From the NCBI RefSeq assembly GCF_001194135.2, contig NC_068985.1, positions 1,679,622-1,743,155 of the forward strand: a stretch of 63,534 bases of DNA, in the 5' to 3' direction. Source of the stretch: Octopus bimaculoides. Taxonomy: Eukaryota. Each line of letters starts with the position of its first letter. The first letter of the stretch is position 1. This document shows positions 41,468 through 55,210 of this stretch, in pieces. A program made the translations under genes and the position numbers. The notes under the pieces are model-generated. The model was given only the letters and a program-made list of their open reading frames with translations. It was not told where the DNA came from and did not search any database.

Positions 41468-42144
41468 TGTGTTTGGCCCCCACCACCACTTGACAACTAA
41501 TGTTACTGTTTTTATGTACCCGTAACTTAGTGGCTCAGCAAAAGAGATTGATGGAGTAAGTATCAGGCTTTGCCGTGCTTTACAAAAAATAATGAGTAGT
41601 GAGATCAATTCATTCAACTAAAAATTCTTCAAGGTGATACTCCAGCATGGCCACAGCATGAGGACAGAAACAAGGGAAAGATAAAAGATAAAAGATGGAT
41701 GAGGTGGCTAGAAATAGAGTCAGACTGACAGCTAGATAGATGAATCATCATCATCATCGTCGTCATCATTTAACGTCCACTTTCCATGCTGGCATGGGTT
41801 GGACGGTTTGACTGAGGACTGGCAAGCCAGAAGGCTGCACCAGGCTCCAATCTGATCTGGAAAAAGTTTCTACAGCTGGATGCCCTTCCTAATGCCAACT
41901 ACTCTGAGAGTGTAGTGGCTTTTCATGTGCCACTAGCCTGAGGGTAAGTCAGGTGGTACTGGCATCAACCATGCTTGAATGGTGCTTTTTATGTGCCACT
42001 GGCACAGGAGCCAGTCAGGCACTACTGGCAATGACCATGCTCGGGAATGGTGCTTTTTACATGCCACCAGTACAGGAGCTAGTCGGGTGGCATTGGAAAC
42101 GATCATGCAACATATATCTATATACATATGTAGTTCAAATTTAT

Positions 42145-42327
42145 CGAAAACAAAAGACAAAAACGGGTGTAGGAACAACAAGCAGGTGTATTAGTTTAAT
42201 GGGAAAAATAGAAAAGTCTTTTACATTTCGAGCCTATGCTCTTCAACAGAAAGGTTTAAGAGGAAAAAATGGAGAGAGTAAAACTGTGCAGAGTTCAAGA
42301 GTCCAAGATAGCAAGATGATATAAATC

Positions 42328-42330
<3 letters not shown>
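42145..42330 (-). mobile_element. Second copy of the 8311-type element
   Basis: Shares aaaacaaaagac..gggtgt..gtattagtttaa..tttac.tttc.agcctatgctcttc.acagaaagg. Confidence 0.55.
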
Positions 42331-42360
<30 letters not shown>

Positions 42361-42367
<7 letters not shown>

Positions 42368-42487
42368 CACTTAATGATTTCAATGGAGGCAATGCAAGTG
42401 GAAACAAGAGGAACATAATTAATAACCACACTCGTTCCTTTAGTTTCCGCTTGCATTGCCTCCATTGAAACCATTAAGTAGAATATA
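42361..42487. repeat. 127-nt hairpin (54-bp stem, 5 mismatches, 19-nt loop)
   Basis: 42361-42414 is the near reverse complement of 42434-42487. Confidence 0.9.
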
Positions 42488-42586
42488 GCTCACTTGGAGC
42501 AATACAACTCCAGTCTGTACTTTATTTGTGAGTATTGTTAACACTAGCTAACTCAAAATAAAGCAGTGTATTTTATATATATATAA

Positions 42587-42639
<53 letters not shown>

Positions 42640-44145
42640 CAGAATATTAAATCTCTGAGGAAGCAGTAAGGCTAGAGTTGGGAACAATGATTTCCCTTCA
42701 CAAATACTAATTGGACACAGAAAGTGTGTTGTTATCCAGCTGGAGGAGATGTCTTCCTGGGGCTAAAAACTACAGTAGCATCGTCCTCTGTGAGACCACC
42801 AAATTTAGTTGCTAATTATATATATAATATAGATATAAGAGGAATGACCACTAGGTGGATTTCTAATATTCTAAAGGTAGACCCCATATGGTCTGACTGC
42901 AGACAGACAGATAGATTAGACTAACAGGCAGACAGACGGAATCCCAGAGTGAAGGAGACCATAACTTTAACTAATACAACATGTAGCATATCACTTTCCT
43001 TCTTACTAAATCACTAAAGAAAGGAAGTCTGATGTGTCTGTGCAATGCAGCGCAATATGTGGACATTTAATAATATAATCATTAGTATTGTGAAAGAGTT
43101 AAATCTTCAGGCAACATACATGTGCCAATAACATCAGTGGTGGTGGTGGTGGTGGAGTAAAGTCAGTAATTAGTAATTAAGGAAGCTGTGAGTATAAATA
43201 GAAGACGGCTATTGTCAATGGCCAGACACTAACTTATTGATGCTTCCTTTCATTACGTGTATGTGTTTGTTCAATGATTCAGTGGACCCGCCCGGACAAC
43301 ACACACTCACACGAAGATCATAGAATGTATGTGTGTGTGTCTGAGTGTGTGTGTGTATGTGTATGCCTATATAAATATATATAACATATGCTTGAATGTA
43401 TACATATGTTGTGTAGGTGTGTGTATGCATGTATATATTAAAATACATACATACATTCATATATATATATATATANNNNNNNNNNNNNNNNNNNNNNNNN
43501 NNNNNNNNNNNNNNNNNNNNNNNNNNNNNNNNNNNNNNNNNNNNNNNNNNNNNNNNNNNNNNNNNNNNNNNNNNNNNNNNNNNNNNNNNNNNNNNNNNNN
43601 NNNNNNNNNNNNNNNNNNNNNNNNNNNNNNNNNNNNNNNNNNNNNNNNNNNNNNNNNNNNTATATATATATATATATAGATATATATATATATATATATA
43701 TACATATGCATATATGTATTATATATATTATAAAGATTCAGATAAACAGAGAAGTATGGGGAATAATAGGTAAAAATGGAGAAAACAATCAGCAAAAAAA
43801 AAAACATATATATATATGCAGACAGAAAAACATTGAGAGAGATACACAGACACATAAATGCACATACCCCTATACATGCATGTAAGCTAACACACACAGA
43901 TGCACATGCACATTATACATAGATTCATACATAGATATATGTGTTTGTGTTTGTGTGTGTCAAAGCAACCCCTTCAACGGTCTCATTTGATTATATTGAT
44001 CCCAGCACTTTTGTCACGTAGTTTTTTTTAATCGATTTTGAGAGGATGAAAGGCAAAGCTGACCTGGGTGTAAATGGACACAACCTAGGTTTAACCCAAC
44101 GATGCAAGATGTATTTCTTTGACACGCCAAATTTGCCACCCACTG

Positions 44146-44183
<38 letters not shown>

Positions 44184-44508
44184 TCTGATATGTTTGTCTG
44201 ATTGACTCCTTCTCAGTTTCGATCAAACAGCTTTGACTCTCAGCATTTTGGATCAACCCAAAGCTAAACTAGAAGACAATTTACTGCTTGACCCAAGGAA
44301 GCAAGCAGTAAATTTATCTCAGAATGCAGTTTCTAAATTTATTCATTCAATCTAACCAGGTATTTACAACTCATTGCCATGGATACTAGTCACTAATGAA
44401 AAACTGTTACAGAACAACATTTTCTATTTAAGCGCCATTTGAAAATTGTATTGTTCAGCCTGATCAGACGCTTACAATTCTTCACAAAGGATACCAGACA
44501 TTATTTAA

Positions 44509-44728
44509 CCCTTTAGTATTTAAACTGACCATATCCAGCCCAGATATTCAACCTGTTTTGTGTTCAAACTAACCTGATCCTGCCTCTCACACTTACCCTA
44601 CAATGCCACTCTTAAAATAACTACTCAGGTCATTGAAATCTCAAAAGCTACAATATAATACATGATTGATTCAAAATGATGTGAATAAATAAACATCTCA
44701 TTTGACAGAGTAATTTGAATGGTAAGGG
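44509..44728. mobile_element. piggyBac-type MITE
   Basis: TTAA on both sides (44505-44508, 44729-44732); termini CCCTT / AAGGG. Confidence 0.75.
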
Positions 44729-44824
44729 TTAATAACTGCTGTTTGAATAAAACACTTCTGTCACTATCCATCTGGTGATTGCCATCTTCAGCATAAAACT
44801 TGAAGTTATGGAACATCAGTGGTT

Positions 44825-45260
44825 TTTGAATACTTTATCATCGTCATCATCATCGTTTAACGTCCGCTTTCCACGCTAGCATGGGTTGGACGATTTGACT
44901 GAGGACTGGTGAAACCGGATGGTAACACCAGGCTCCAGTCTAATTTGGCAGAGTTTCTACAGCTGGATGCCCTTCCTAATGCCAACCACTCAGAGAGTGT
45001 AGTGGGTGCTTTTACGTGTCACCCGCACGAAAACGGCCACGCTCGAAATGGTGTCTTTTATGTGCCACCCGCACAAGCCAGTCCAGGGGCACTGGCAACG
45101 ATCTCGCTCGAAAATCCTACGGGAGCCAGTCAGGCGGTACTGGCAACGGCCACGCTCAAAATGGTGCATCTCATGTGCCACCCGCACAAGAACCAGTCCA
45201 GGGGCACTGGCAACGATCTTACTTGGCTTGCCGGGTCTTCTCACGCACAGCACATTTCCA
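44825..45260 (-). mobile_element. SINE family C with (GAT)n tail and internal 66-bp units. Other copies at about 130-260(+), 6030-6240(-), 6330-6730(+), 12963-13165(-), 38090-38150(-), 38920-39110(-), 41745-42090(-), 46660-46875(+), 49095-49200(-), 60545-60715(+), 62875-63030(+)
   Basis: Recurrent core gttggcgttaggaagggcatccagctgtagaaac and tail ccaacccatgctagcatggaaagcggacgttaaacgatgatg. Confidence 0.85.
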
Positions 45261-47047
45261 AAGGTCTCGAAATCAAAATATTTTGCTCTGCATATATATT
45301 AAGTCTCTACATTTTGTGAAACTATTTGCGGAGTAAAATTATTATAGAGATATCTAAATGCAGGCAGGGCCGTGTAATTAAGGCGTTTATTTCTCAAGCA
45401 CATGGTACCCCCCCAGTTTAATCCATTTGGATGGCACGTTGGGCAATTGTCTTCTACCAGTGCCTTGGATGGGTCAGGGTACATATGCCACAAGCCTAGG
45501 GATTCCAGCAACACTTGAAAGGAGTCATTACCTCACCTGCACCTGTGAAACATCTCACCTTAGCTCAACTATGTCTTTGCCATCCAGAAACAGGAAATAG
45601 CTACTATCAACAAATGAGACAAGAATATTTCTAGACCTTCATGTTGTGATAAGGTTTGGACATTTTCTTTCTCACTACCATGAGTTAGTTTCACCAGAGA
45701 TTCTTTAAAATCCACCTCTACATACCAGTCATTGATATTGGTTGATATTAATGGCAGAAACGTTAGCACACCGGGCAAAATGTTTAGTGGCTTTTCATCT
45801 GTCTTTACATTCTGAGTTCAAATTCTTGCCTTTCATCCTTTCAGGGCCGATAAATTAAGTACCAGTCAATAAATTAAGCACCAGATCTAATCGACCGCCC
45901 CCCCCCCACCTCCCCAAAAATTTCGGGCCTTGTGCCTACAGTAAAAAAAAAAATTCATATTGGTTTCAAATTTTGGTACAAGGCCAGCAACTTCGTGGAA
46001 GGGGTAAGTTGATTACATTGACCCCAGTGCACAACTGGTACTTTGTGTGGTGAAATGAGGTTCTTGAGAAGATCCGTCCACCTCAGCAAAGGCTAAGATC
46101 TGGAAACACTATATATAACATTCAATTTTTCCCTCTCCCTACACCAATAAATCAAACTACGTCCCCTCATCCTCACATTTCCTCTCTGTCATGCACTCTG
46201 CTTATCTCTCCCTCCCAACTCTTGCAGCCCAATGCCATCCTCCTGGCCCTGCCAACTGCAGTATTGCTATCCCATTGTCCCCACTCTCTATACCCAGGTT
46301 TCACCAATCACTGCATACCCAGTTTCTCCCTACCTCCTTTTTGCATACCCATGAACTCCCTCCTCAGGCACAATTGACGATGCTCTTCCATCCCATTATC
46401 TTGAGACGATGCCTTGACACAATACCACCATCTCTCTCACCCTCCCACACCCTTGCTCTTTCTCATTCTCAATGACTCTCTCTCTCTCTCTCTCTCTCTA
46501 TAACTCCCTCCCTTTGTGCCTCTGACTTGGGTAACCATTTATCTCCTCTACAGCAAGACACCTGTTTCTGTCCCTTCGTCATACTCCAACTTCTCATCAC
46601 TTGGCACAAAGCCACATCCTCCAGTACCAGCCCCTCCTCTCAAAGGATCTTTGTCTTGCCAGTTACTTGGTGACCTCACTAACACTGGTGCCATTGAAAA
46701 ATCACCCAGTGCCACTCTGTAAAGTGGTTGGCATTAGGAAGGGCATCCAGGTGTGGAAACTATGTCAAAACAGACAATGGAGCTTAATGCAGTTGTCTGG
46801 CTTGTCAGCTCCTTTCAAACTGTCTGACCCATACCAGCAGGGCAGCAGGAAAGGCAAATGTTAAATGATTATGATGTTGACGGTAGTATATATGTATGTG
46901 TGTGTGTGTGTATGGAATAATTACTATGAAGCATTGTGTGGAATATATTGTATAAAGGATTGTGGGTAAGGCCAAAACAATGCGAAGTAAATGCAAGGTA
47001 AATCACAAGAAAACAAATATGTGAATTAATGGAGACTTACCTTGTAT

Positions 47048-48165
47048 TCAATATTTCGGGATTATGACCCCATTTTCAAGAAATGGACGAATGTTGCTGA
47101 TGTGCATGTGTGTGAGCGTGTGTGGAGTAGGCATGCATGGAAAGGTGTTGCTATAGCAACCAGCTAGCCTCCTGTAATTCTCTTCTGTTGTTGATCTTAG
47201 GTCTCTTTCGGTGTATGAGGATGGCGTCAGAGATTCTAAGGTTGCCCTCTTCCACTGTACTGCCTTGATGTGCACTGTGAATTCTCGAGTCTGGCATTTC
47301 CGTAGATGTTTCTTCACGGAAGTGTCTGCCTGCATGTGTTCCTTAATGCGTATATGCAGTTTTCTTGTTGTGCTTCCGATGTAGGATACACCACATTCGC
47401 CACAGATGATCTCATATACAACACAGGTCCTCTGGCACAATTTAGGGTCATTGATGGGGCAGTTCGATAATATGCACTCCTCAGAATAGTGAGAGGTGTT
47501 GCTCTTGGACAGATCTTTTCTCATGGAAGGGCCGGTGTGTACTATCTGTATGTCAAGTCCTTCCCTATGGACTGCATGTTGTATTACTGCAGTGGTTCTG
47601 TTGCCAAAGTGTGGGAGCTTTAGGAAGCACGTGTTGGACTTGGGGAATATGATGGTTCTTCCGGGGTTTATTCACCTTGATGTTCTTTAGGTGCCGTTGT
47701 TTAGCTAAAGATGGTGGGTAGCCATTCAGAGTTAGGCCTCTGAGGAACTGTTTGGAGCAAACGGCTTTGTTGGTCACGTTGCTGCAATTGTTGTTTATAT
47801 GTATAATCTCATTTCTCACATATACGGCTTTGACTCTGGTGAGTAAGGCTGATTGGTAGAGGAGGAAAAGTCTTCTATTAGCAGCTTTTCTGTAGAATTT
47901 GGTAAATATGGAGCCCTCCTCTGTGATCTTGAGTTGAAAGTCGAGTAGAAAGAAGGTTCCAAATTCGTCTGGATGTTCAATCTCGAATTTGATGTTTATA
48001 TCAGTATTATTGAAGGTCCGGTGTATGTTAATGGCCTCATCCCTGGAGGACGTGATGATAAGAATGTCATCAATGTACCTGGAGAAGATGCATGAGCAGC
48101 AAGGTGTTGAGTTCTGTGCATTCTAGCTTATCCATGTACGTGATGGCCAACAGGCCTGAAAGGTT
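47048..48165 (-). mobile_element. Penelope-like element, 3' part: RT motifs (SNLSGLLAITYMDKLE; SRYIDD), thumb, GIY-YIG endonuclease and 3' UTR; frameshifted
   Basis: ORF 47048-47524 contains VVYEIICGECGVSYIGSTTRKLHIRIKEH (GIY-YIG with CxxC); ORF 47565-47819 has the thumb region (LTLNGYP); YIDD read on the minus strand near 48075; RT followed by GIY-YIG is diagnostic of PLEs. Confidence 0.92.
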
Positions 48166-48169
48166 AGAT

Positions 48170-48778
48170 CCCACACATGCTCACACGCACACACACAAAC
48201 ACACACATGCACATCGGCAACATTCCTCTAATAACATATTAGATAAACAACCTTCCTCATCACACAACCTTACTAAATCCCAATTCCTGACCTTGCAAAA
48301 CTTAAGAAACAAAAACCTCATCTACCTTCCTTCAGACAAAGGGAAAGAATTCTGCATTATAGACAAACTCACCGACAATAAACTAGCTGTCGAACACCTC
48401 AGTGACACCAATCTATACGAAATGGTTTACAGCATCAGACCTCACCAACTGGAATCCATCATCAACACCAGCTCGACCAACATCTGTCACCAAAGGAATC
48501 TCTCTAAGAAGACTAGGCTGAACTACACATCTAAAAACCCCACCCTTCCATCCTTCTACCATTTAATAAAAACCCACAAACTCGGACCTAAGCTTAAAAT
48601 CAGACCCCATAGTATGTGGAATTAACGGCCCTTTCTACAAGATTTTTGGCTCCTCTCTAAACTCCTCAAACACTTATTACACGCATCCTCCAGACACGTC
48701 AGCAGCTCCCACGAAATCTTCCCATGACTCAAAGATATTGACCTCTCCATACTTATAACTAACAAATACCCTTTTAGT
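48170..48778 (+). mobile_element. Penelope-like element, N-terminal RT segment in the opposite orientation
   Basis: ORF 48092-48625: NLTKSQFLTLQNL..LPSDKG..PTLPSFYHLIKTHK..KIRP, typical of the PLE RT N-terminus; stops at a (TA)n tract before the first catalytic motif. Confidence 0.88.
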
Positions 48779-48785
48779 TATATAT

Positions 48786-48828
<43 letters not shown>

Positions 48829-50660
48829 GTATATGCTGTGTGTGTGTGTGTGAGTGTGTATATAAAGAGAAAGAGAAAGTGAGAGGGGGATTGAAGCAGT
48901 ATCCATGGGGACGGGTGCTCGACTGTGTCAGCAGAAATTGTGTTTGTTGGTGTAAAAGTAAAATTACTTAATTTCATATGTTGTTGATGTAGTATACAGT
49001 GATGCATGTGTATGCATGTGAATGTGTGTGTGTGTGTGTGTATGTGTGTGTGTGTGTATGTGCATGTGTGTGTATGTGCATGTGTGTGCATCATTATCAT
49101 CATCATCATCATCATCATCATTTAGCATCCATTTTCCATGCTGGTATGGGTTGATAGATTTGACAAGGAGCTGGTAAGCCAGAGAGCTGCACCACATAGA
49201 AGCTTCCCAGTGAGGTAAATGCTTTGACCATAGAAAGTATTTGCAATTAAATCTTGCATACCCAGTACTAAGGTCCATGTCAACTTGGCTAACAAAACTC
49301 TATAACCACAGGCCTTCCACAAATGACCTTCCATCTTTCCCATGCACTTAGGAACACATTTTTGCTGCCTGCTCTTTCCTAAGACAATAAATTCTGATTT
49401 GAGGGATATTTGGCTGGTATTTCTGGCAAAGAGTATGGACCAGTTACTGCCTCCCTCTGGGTGTACATACTACATGATGGTAGTGGCGATTGGTGTTTGA
49501 TGTGGAGTGGTGGTAGCAATGCTGCTGCTGCTGCTGATGATGATGATGACGATGATGATGATGACGATAGTGCTACTACTACTGATGTTGCTGCTGCTGC
49601 TGTTGCTTGTGATGTGATTAATGATGGAGAATTGGTTGAGGAAATGGTTTCGATAAAGTCAGGGATGGGTGGGGAAGTCACAGGGGGGAGGAGGAGTGGA
49701 TAACGATGACGATGATGATGATGATGATGATGATATTGGTGATGATGTTATGATGGCAAGATGACTACAACAACAACAATGGTAGTGGTGAAGGTGGTGG
49801 TTGCTGTGATGATGATAAAAACAACCACACAACAAAGATAAAAAAATGATGTCAGCAGCTGCAATGTTGTTGCTGTTGTTGGTGATAACGGTGGTAATGG
49901 TGATGGTGGTGGTGGTGACGGTGGTGGTGGTGGTGGTAGTGACGGTGGTGGTGATGGTGATAATGATGATGGACTCCAAGGTGTTGTTGATGTTGTTATA
50001 TGAAACTGACATTGTCCCCTCCCACCCCNNNNNNNNNNNNNNNNNNNNNNNNNNNNNNNNNNNNNNNNNNNNNNNNNNNNNNNNNNNNNNNNNNNNNNNN
50101 NNNNNNNNNNNNNNNNNNNNNNNNNNNNNNNNNNNNNNNNNNNNNNNNNNNNNNNNNNNNNNNNNNNNNNNNNNNNNNNNNNNNNNNNNNNNNNNNNNNN
50201 NNNNNNNNNNNNNNNNNNNNNNNNNNNNNNNNNNNNNNNNNNNNNNNNNNNNNNNNNNNNNNNNNNNNNNNNNNNNNNNNNNNNNNNNNNNNNNNNNNNN
50301 NNNNNNNNNNNNNNNNNNNNNNNNNNNNNNNNNNNNNNNNNNNNNNNNNNNNNNNNNNNNNNNNNNNNNNNNNNNNNNNNNNNNNNNNNNNNNNNNNNNN
50401 NNNNNNNNNNNNNNNNNNNNNNNNNNNNNNNNNNNNNNNNNNNNNNNNNNNNNNNNNNNNNNNNNNGTGGTGGTGGTGGTGGTGGTGGTGGTGGTGTTGA
50501 ACAAATTAAACCATTTATCAAAATGAGTTTGAGAAAAGGTGAAAGGAGCTGAGGGCGTTAACGAAACTGTGACGATGGCAAAGGGGGAGGGGACGGTGAT
50601 GACACAGTTGTTCTGGATGAAGACGATGATGAGGATGATGATGATGAGGATGACGACGAC

Positions 50661-50692
<32 letters not shown>

Positions 50693-50718
50693 TAATGATG
50701 ATGATGATGATGATGATG

Positions 50719-50751
<33 letters not shown>

Positions 50752-52627
50752 TATAGGTGTAGACGTGGCTGGGTTGTAAGAAGCTTGCTACTCAACCCCA
50801 TGGTTCCAGGTTCAGTCACAGTGTGTGGTACTCTGTCTTCTACTCTAGCCTTCAGCAAACCAAAGCCTTATGAGCGCATTTGGTAGAAGGAAACTGAAGG
50901 TAGCCCATCATGTGGGTATACATACATATATACAAATATATAAGGTTGAGTAGGGTATTGGATTTAACCAAACCCCGGAGGATACAGGTAATACCGAGTA
51001 AGTGCTGTATACCGATTAGTTTGCCCCAGTCNNNNNNNNNNNNNNNNNNNNNNNNNNNNNNNNNNNNNNNNNNNNNNNNNNNNNNNNNNNNNNNNNNNNN
51101 NNNNNNNNNNNNNNNNNNNNNNNNNNNNNNNNNNNNNNNNNNNNNNNNNNNNNNNNNNNNNNNNNNNNNNNNNNNNNNNNNNNNNNNNNNNNNNNNNNNN
51201 NNNNNNNNNNNNNNNNNNNNNNNNNNNNNNNNNNNNNNNNNNNNNNNNNNNNNNNNNNNNNNNNNNNNNNNNNNNNNNNNNNNNNNNNNNNNNNNNNNNN
51301 NNNNNNNNNNNNNNNNNNNNNNNNNNNNNNNNNNNNNNNNNNNNNNNNNNNNNNNNNNNNNNNNNNNNNNNNNNNNNNNNNNNNNNNNNNNNNNNNNNNN
51401 NNNNNNNNNNNNNNNNNNNNNNNNNNNNNNNNNNNNNNNNNNNNNNNNNNNNNNNNNNNNNNNNNNNNNNNNNNNNNNNNNNNNNNNNNNNNNNNNNNNN
51501 NNNNNNNNNNNNNNNNNNNNNNNNNNNNNNNNNNNNNNNNNNNNNNNNNNNNNNNNNNNNNNNNNNNNNNNNNNNNNNNNNNNNNNNNNNNNNNNNNNNN
51601 NNNNNNNNNNNNNNNNNNNNNNNNNNNNNNNNNNNNNNNNNNNNNNNNNNNNNNNNNNNNNNNNNNNNNNNNNNNNNNNNNNNNNNNNNNNNNNNNNNNN
51701 NNNNNNNNNNNNNNNNNNNNNNNNNNNNNNNNNNNNNNNNNNNNNNNNNNNNNNNNNNNNNNNNNTATATATATGCAGAGAGAGAGAGAGAGAGATGGAG
51801 AGAGGTGTGTACGAGTAACGTGTAGCCATTAGCACTGAGTCTGCTACTCAGAAGCGATCATCACCGGAGAGTGGAAATAAAGAATATCTGATGACAATGG
51901 CCATAGACAAGTCAGACTGACAAGTTAGGACACAAAGTTAATAAGCTCCCAGGGGCAATTTATTGGCACCAGTCGTTAGGTGTCTTTTTTTCTCTTCATT
52001 CTGCTTCCTCTATTTCATAAATGTCAATATGAATAATGGTCTCTTCTATCTCCTCATCTATTATTTTCTCCATCTTTTCCTTTTTCTTTTTCTCCTTCTT
52101 TGTTGTTGTCTCTTTGTTCCCTTCTTTTCTTTCCTCCTCTTCCTCCTCCTCCTCCTCCGTTCTCTCCCATTCATTTCCTTACCCCCTCACCCATCCACCC
52201 CCATCTCACTTTCTCATTGCTAATCATCATTTATTTATAACGAAACTAAAATAATTACATTTTAATCATTAACAAAAAACAAATTGAGAGGAAATGTGGA
52301 ATAAGTGTAATCAGTATATATTTTTGAGTGTGCGTGTGTGCGTGTGTGCGTGTGTGCGTGTGTGCGTGTGTGTGTGTGTGTGTGTGTACACACACATACA
52401 GAATTATACATATAAATATATATACACATGGGTAAGTGTGTGCATGTGTATGTGTGCATTATGGATATGTGACTATATATCCATATAAATATGTGTGTAT
52501 ATGCATATATATATTTATATATATATATGTGTATATATGTATGTATATGTATATTGTATATATATTTATATATATAAATATATATATATTATATATATAT
52601 GTTAACACAACCCCACCATTTACTGAC

Positions 52628-52670
<43 letters not shown>

Positions 52671-53116
52671 TACATACATATACACACACACACACAGAGC
52701 ACATGTTAAAGGATGACAACAATGATGATAACGATGATGTTGATGATCTTGATATAAACACACACACAGTCAAAGCTGCTTATTGTCATCAGTTGAGATT
52801 AAGCCTTGTTGATAATAATAACCTGCTGATAACATTAAACAGGAAATGCAAGAGTACCTGGAACTTTCCATTCTAATGTGAATACTTTCCAGTTTATTTT
52901 GAAGGAACTGGCTCCCTCTAATTTTGATAACAATAACCATCTGATAACATTATGCCAATGAATGACCACAAACAAGCTATTTCTGCACACCCACTGGCTG
53001 AACTTAGGGCCTCAGACCTTCCCCCTGCCAACAGTAATAAGCAGTGCTGGTACCTCTCTTCCACCAGCACAACTGACTCTCCATGACCATCACTCTGCAC
53101 ATACTCAGCTTATATA

Positions 53117-53412
53117 CAGTGGCGGACTGGCCAGGTTGCCAGCTTGCCCACTGGCAAGTGGGCCCCTGCACCATTAGAATCCATATATGGGGGCCCATGT
53201 TAGTATCTAATTGGCCCATCCCCTCAAGTTTGAGAAGTTTTTTATTCACTCCTGGAAGAATGCATTCATTATTTCAGCCTGGCTGTGTTTGTAGACAATT
53301 GAAAAGAATACTTTTAGCAAAAAAAGAAAAAAATTAAATGATAACATTATAGTTATGAGTGAGCCCCCTTAGTCTCCTGGCAACCAATTTTTGTAAACCC
53401 AGTCTGCCACTG
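53117..53412. mobile_element. hAT-type MITE, 296 bp
   Basis: 14-bp TIRs cagtggcggactgg / ccagtctgccactg (1 mismatch); perfect 8-bp TSD cttatata at 53109-53116 and 53413-53420. Confidence 0.9.
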
Positions 53413-54599
53413 CTTATATAGATAGCAGGCCTTTGTTTTGCGTTTTGGTTTCCTTATGTAATGCATGAACAGTGATGGTTGTGTCAAGGTTTACTTTAAA
53501 TGTCTGGTAACAATGTCTTGCACTTTGATGCGTCTAAACCAACAATCATTGAGAGCTGTGTGAAGACCCTCTAATTTTGCTAACAATAAGTGTTGGATAA
53601 CATCATTCAGGATTATAATAAGCAGCTTCCACTGTAAATATATATATATAACATTGTCTGCATCTTCCACCACCTCCTCCCCTTCATCATCATCATCCTC
53701 ATCATCATTATGGCTTTGGTTAGTCTGGTCTTCACAGCCTGAGTTAGTTCCTAGAATTATGGCAATTATAGTTTGGTTAGAAGACCTTGTCTCATCCATT
53801 GATTCTACTTTTGTCATGTGTTGACAATAAAACTGTTTTGCTTCTTTTATGGTATTTACTATACACAATGTAGATTTAGTGGCTATCAAGAAGAGGACAC
53901 AGGTGGTGGGGAGGGAGGTGATTGGCCCTTATAGTACTGATCAACATTATCATAAATAGATTTTTAAACAAGTGAGGTCAGGTTTTCATTAACTGACTCA
54001 TATAAACATTGTCACATTAAAATTTAATATGGTGATTTTCAGTTGTAAAATTCAAAAACATGAAAAATACCCACAAGAATTATTTTGGGTATTGATCAAT
54101 TGTATTGATTCAATGTACATTAATTTTGCTTCCAGCATCTTCTATCATGGCATAAAAGTATGGTAACAGTGTGAATTGTGTTCCACTATAGTGAACAGCT
54201 AATCTGTTGGGATTTAGATCACAAGTTTACCAGTTAGAATTATTATTAAGGATAAAAGCTTGGTATTTCCTTAGTTGTCACTCTGAAGAAGAAGGTTTTA
54301 ATAGCACATCTCTTCTGGGTTGGGGGAACTTGTGAGAAGAGAGTGGCCATGTGTATTTTGCATCATTTGACCAAATGTCCTTGCTCTCCGGATCCTTTAA
54401 GACCTCAGCAATGAATGAAAACGAGAATGGAACAAAACAAGGAAGTTAACTTAGAGAATTAAAGGTTAATTCTGCTATTCCCAAGAAAGAAAAAACCACA
54501 ATAAATACTGGTGACAAATTAAAAAAGGTTTTTTTATCAAGAACTTGTGTTAAATATTGAATGGTAATTAATATGCTATCATTGTATAATGATAGCACG

Positions 54600-54801
54600 T
54601 TATGCCTCTGGCTCTGAACTACAAATGTCTTGTTTTCATAAGTTTTGAATTAAAATCTTCCCCCAAACCTTAGTCAAAATTTATGTTCCTAACAATAGCT
54701 TAATGATAACGAAGTTATTTTACTAAATTCTTTGTTATATTCAAAATAAATTGAAAGAAACACAGAGCATCTCAACAGAAATATGGTAACAAAAGGGTTA
54801 A
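54600..54801. mobile_element. piggyBac-type MITE remnant (right end only)
   Basis: Ends aaaagggTTAA; left terminus not recognisable. Confidence 0.45.
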
Positions 54802-55153
54802 AGGTGGCAAGCGGGCAGAATTGTTAGCACCACCAGACAAATTGTTTAGCGACATTTTGTCCATTTTCATGTTCTTAGTTCAAATTCTGCTGGGGTCAAC
54901 TTTGCCTTTCATCCTTTTGGGGTTCAATAAAACAGGGACCAGTTGAGCACTGGGGTCAATGTAAGCAACTTAACCCCTTCCCTGAAGTTTCTAACCCCTG
55001 TACCAGAAATTGAAACTAATAAACTCTCATTGCTGATTTGTTAATTTTTTACTTTCTTCATTCCATATCCTTACTCTTGTTCTTGTCAAATTTTCCCTGT
55101 TTTACCCAAGTCTGAAAAGAAAGTTCCTCTTCGCCTCACTCTGGTTCACACAC

Positions 55154-55210
<57 letters not shown>

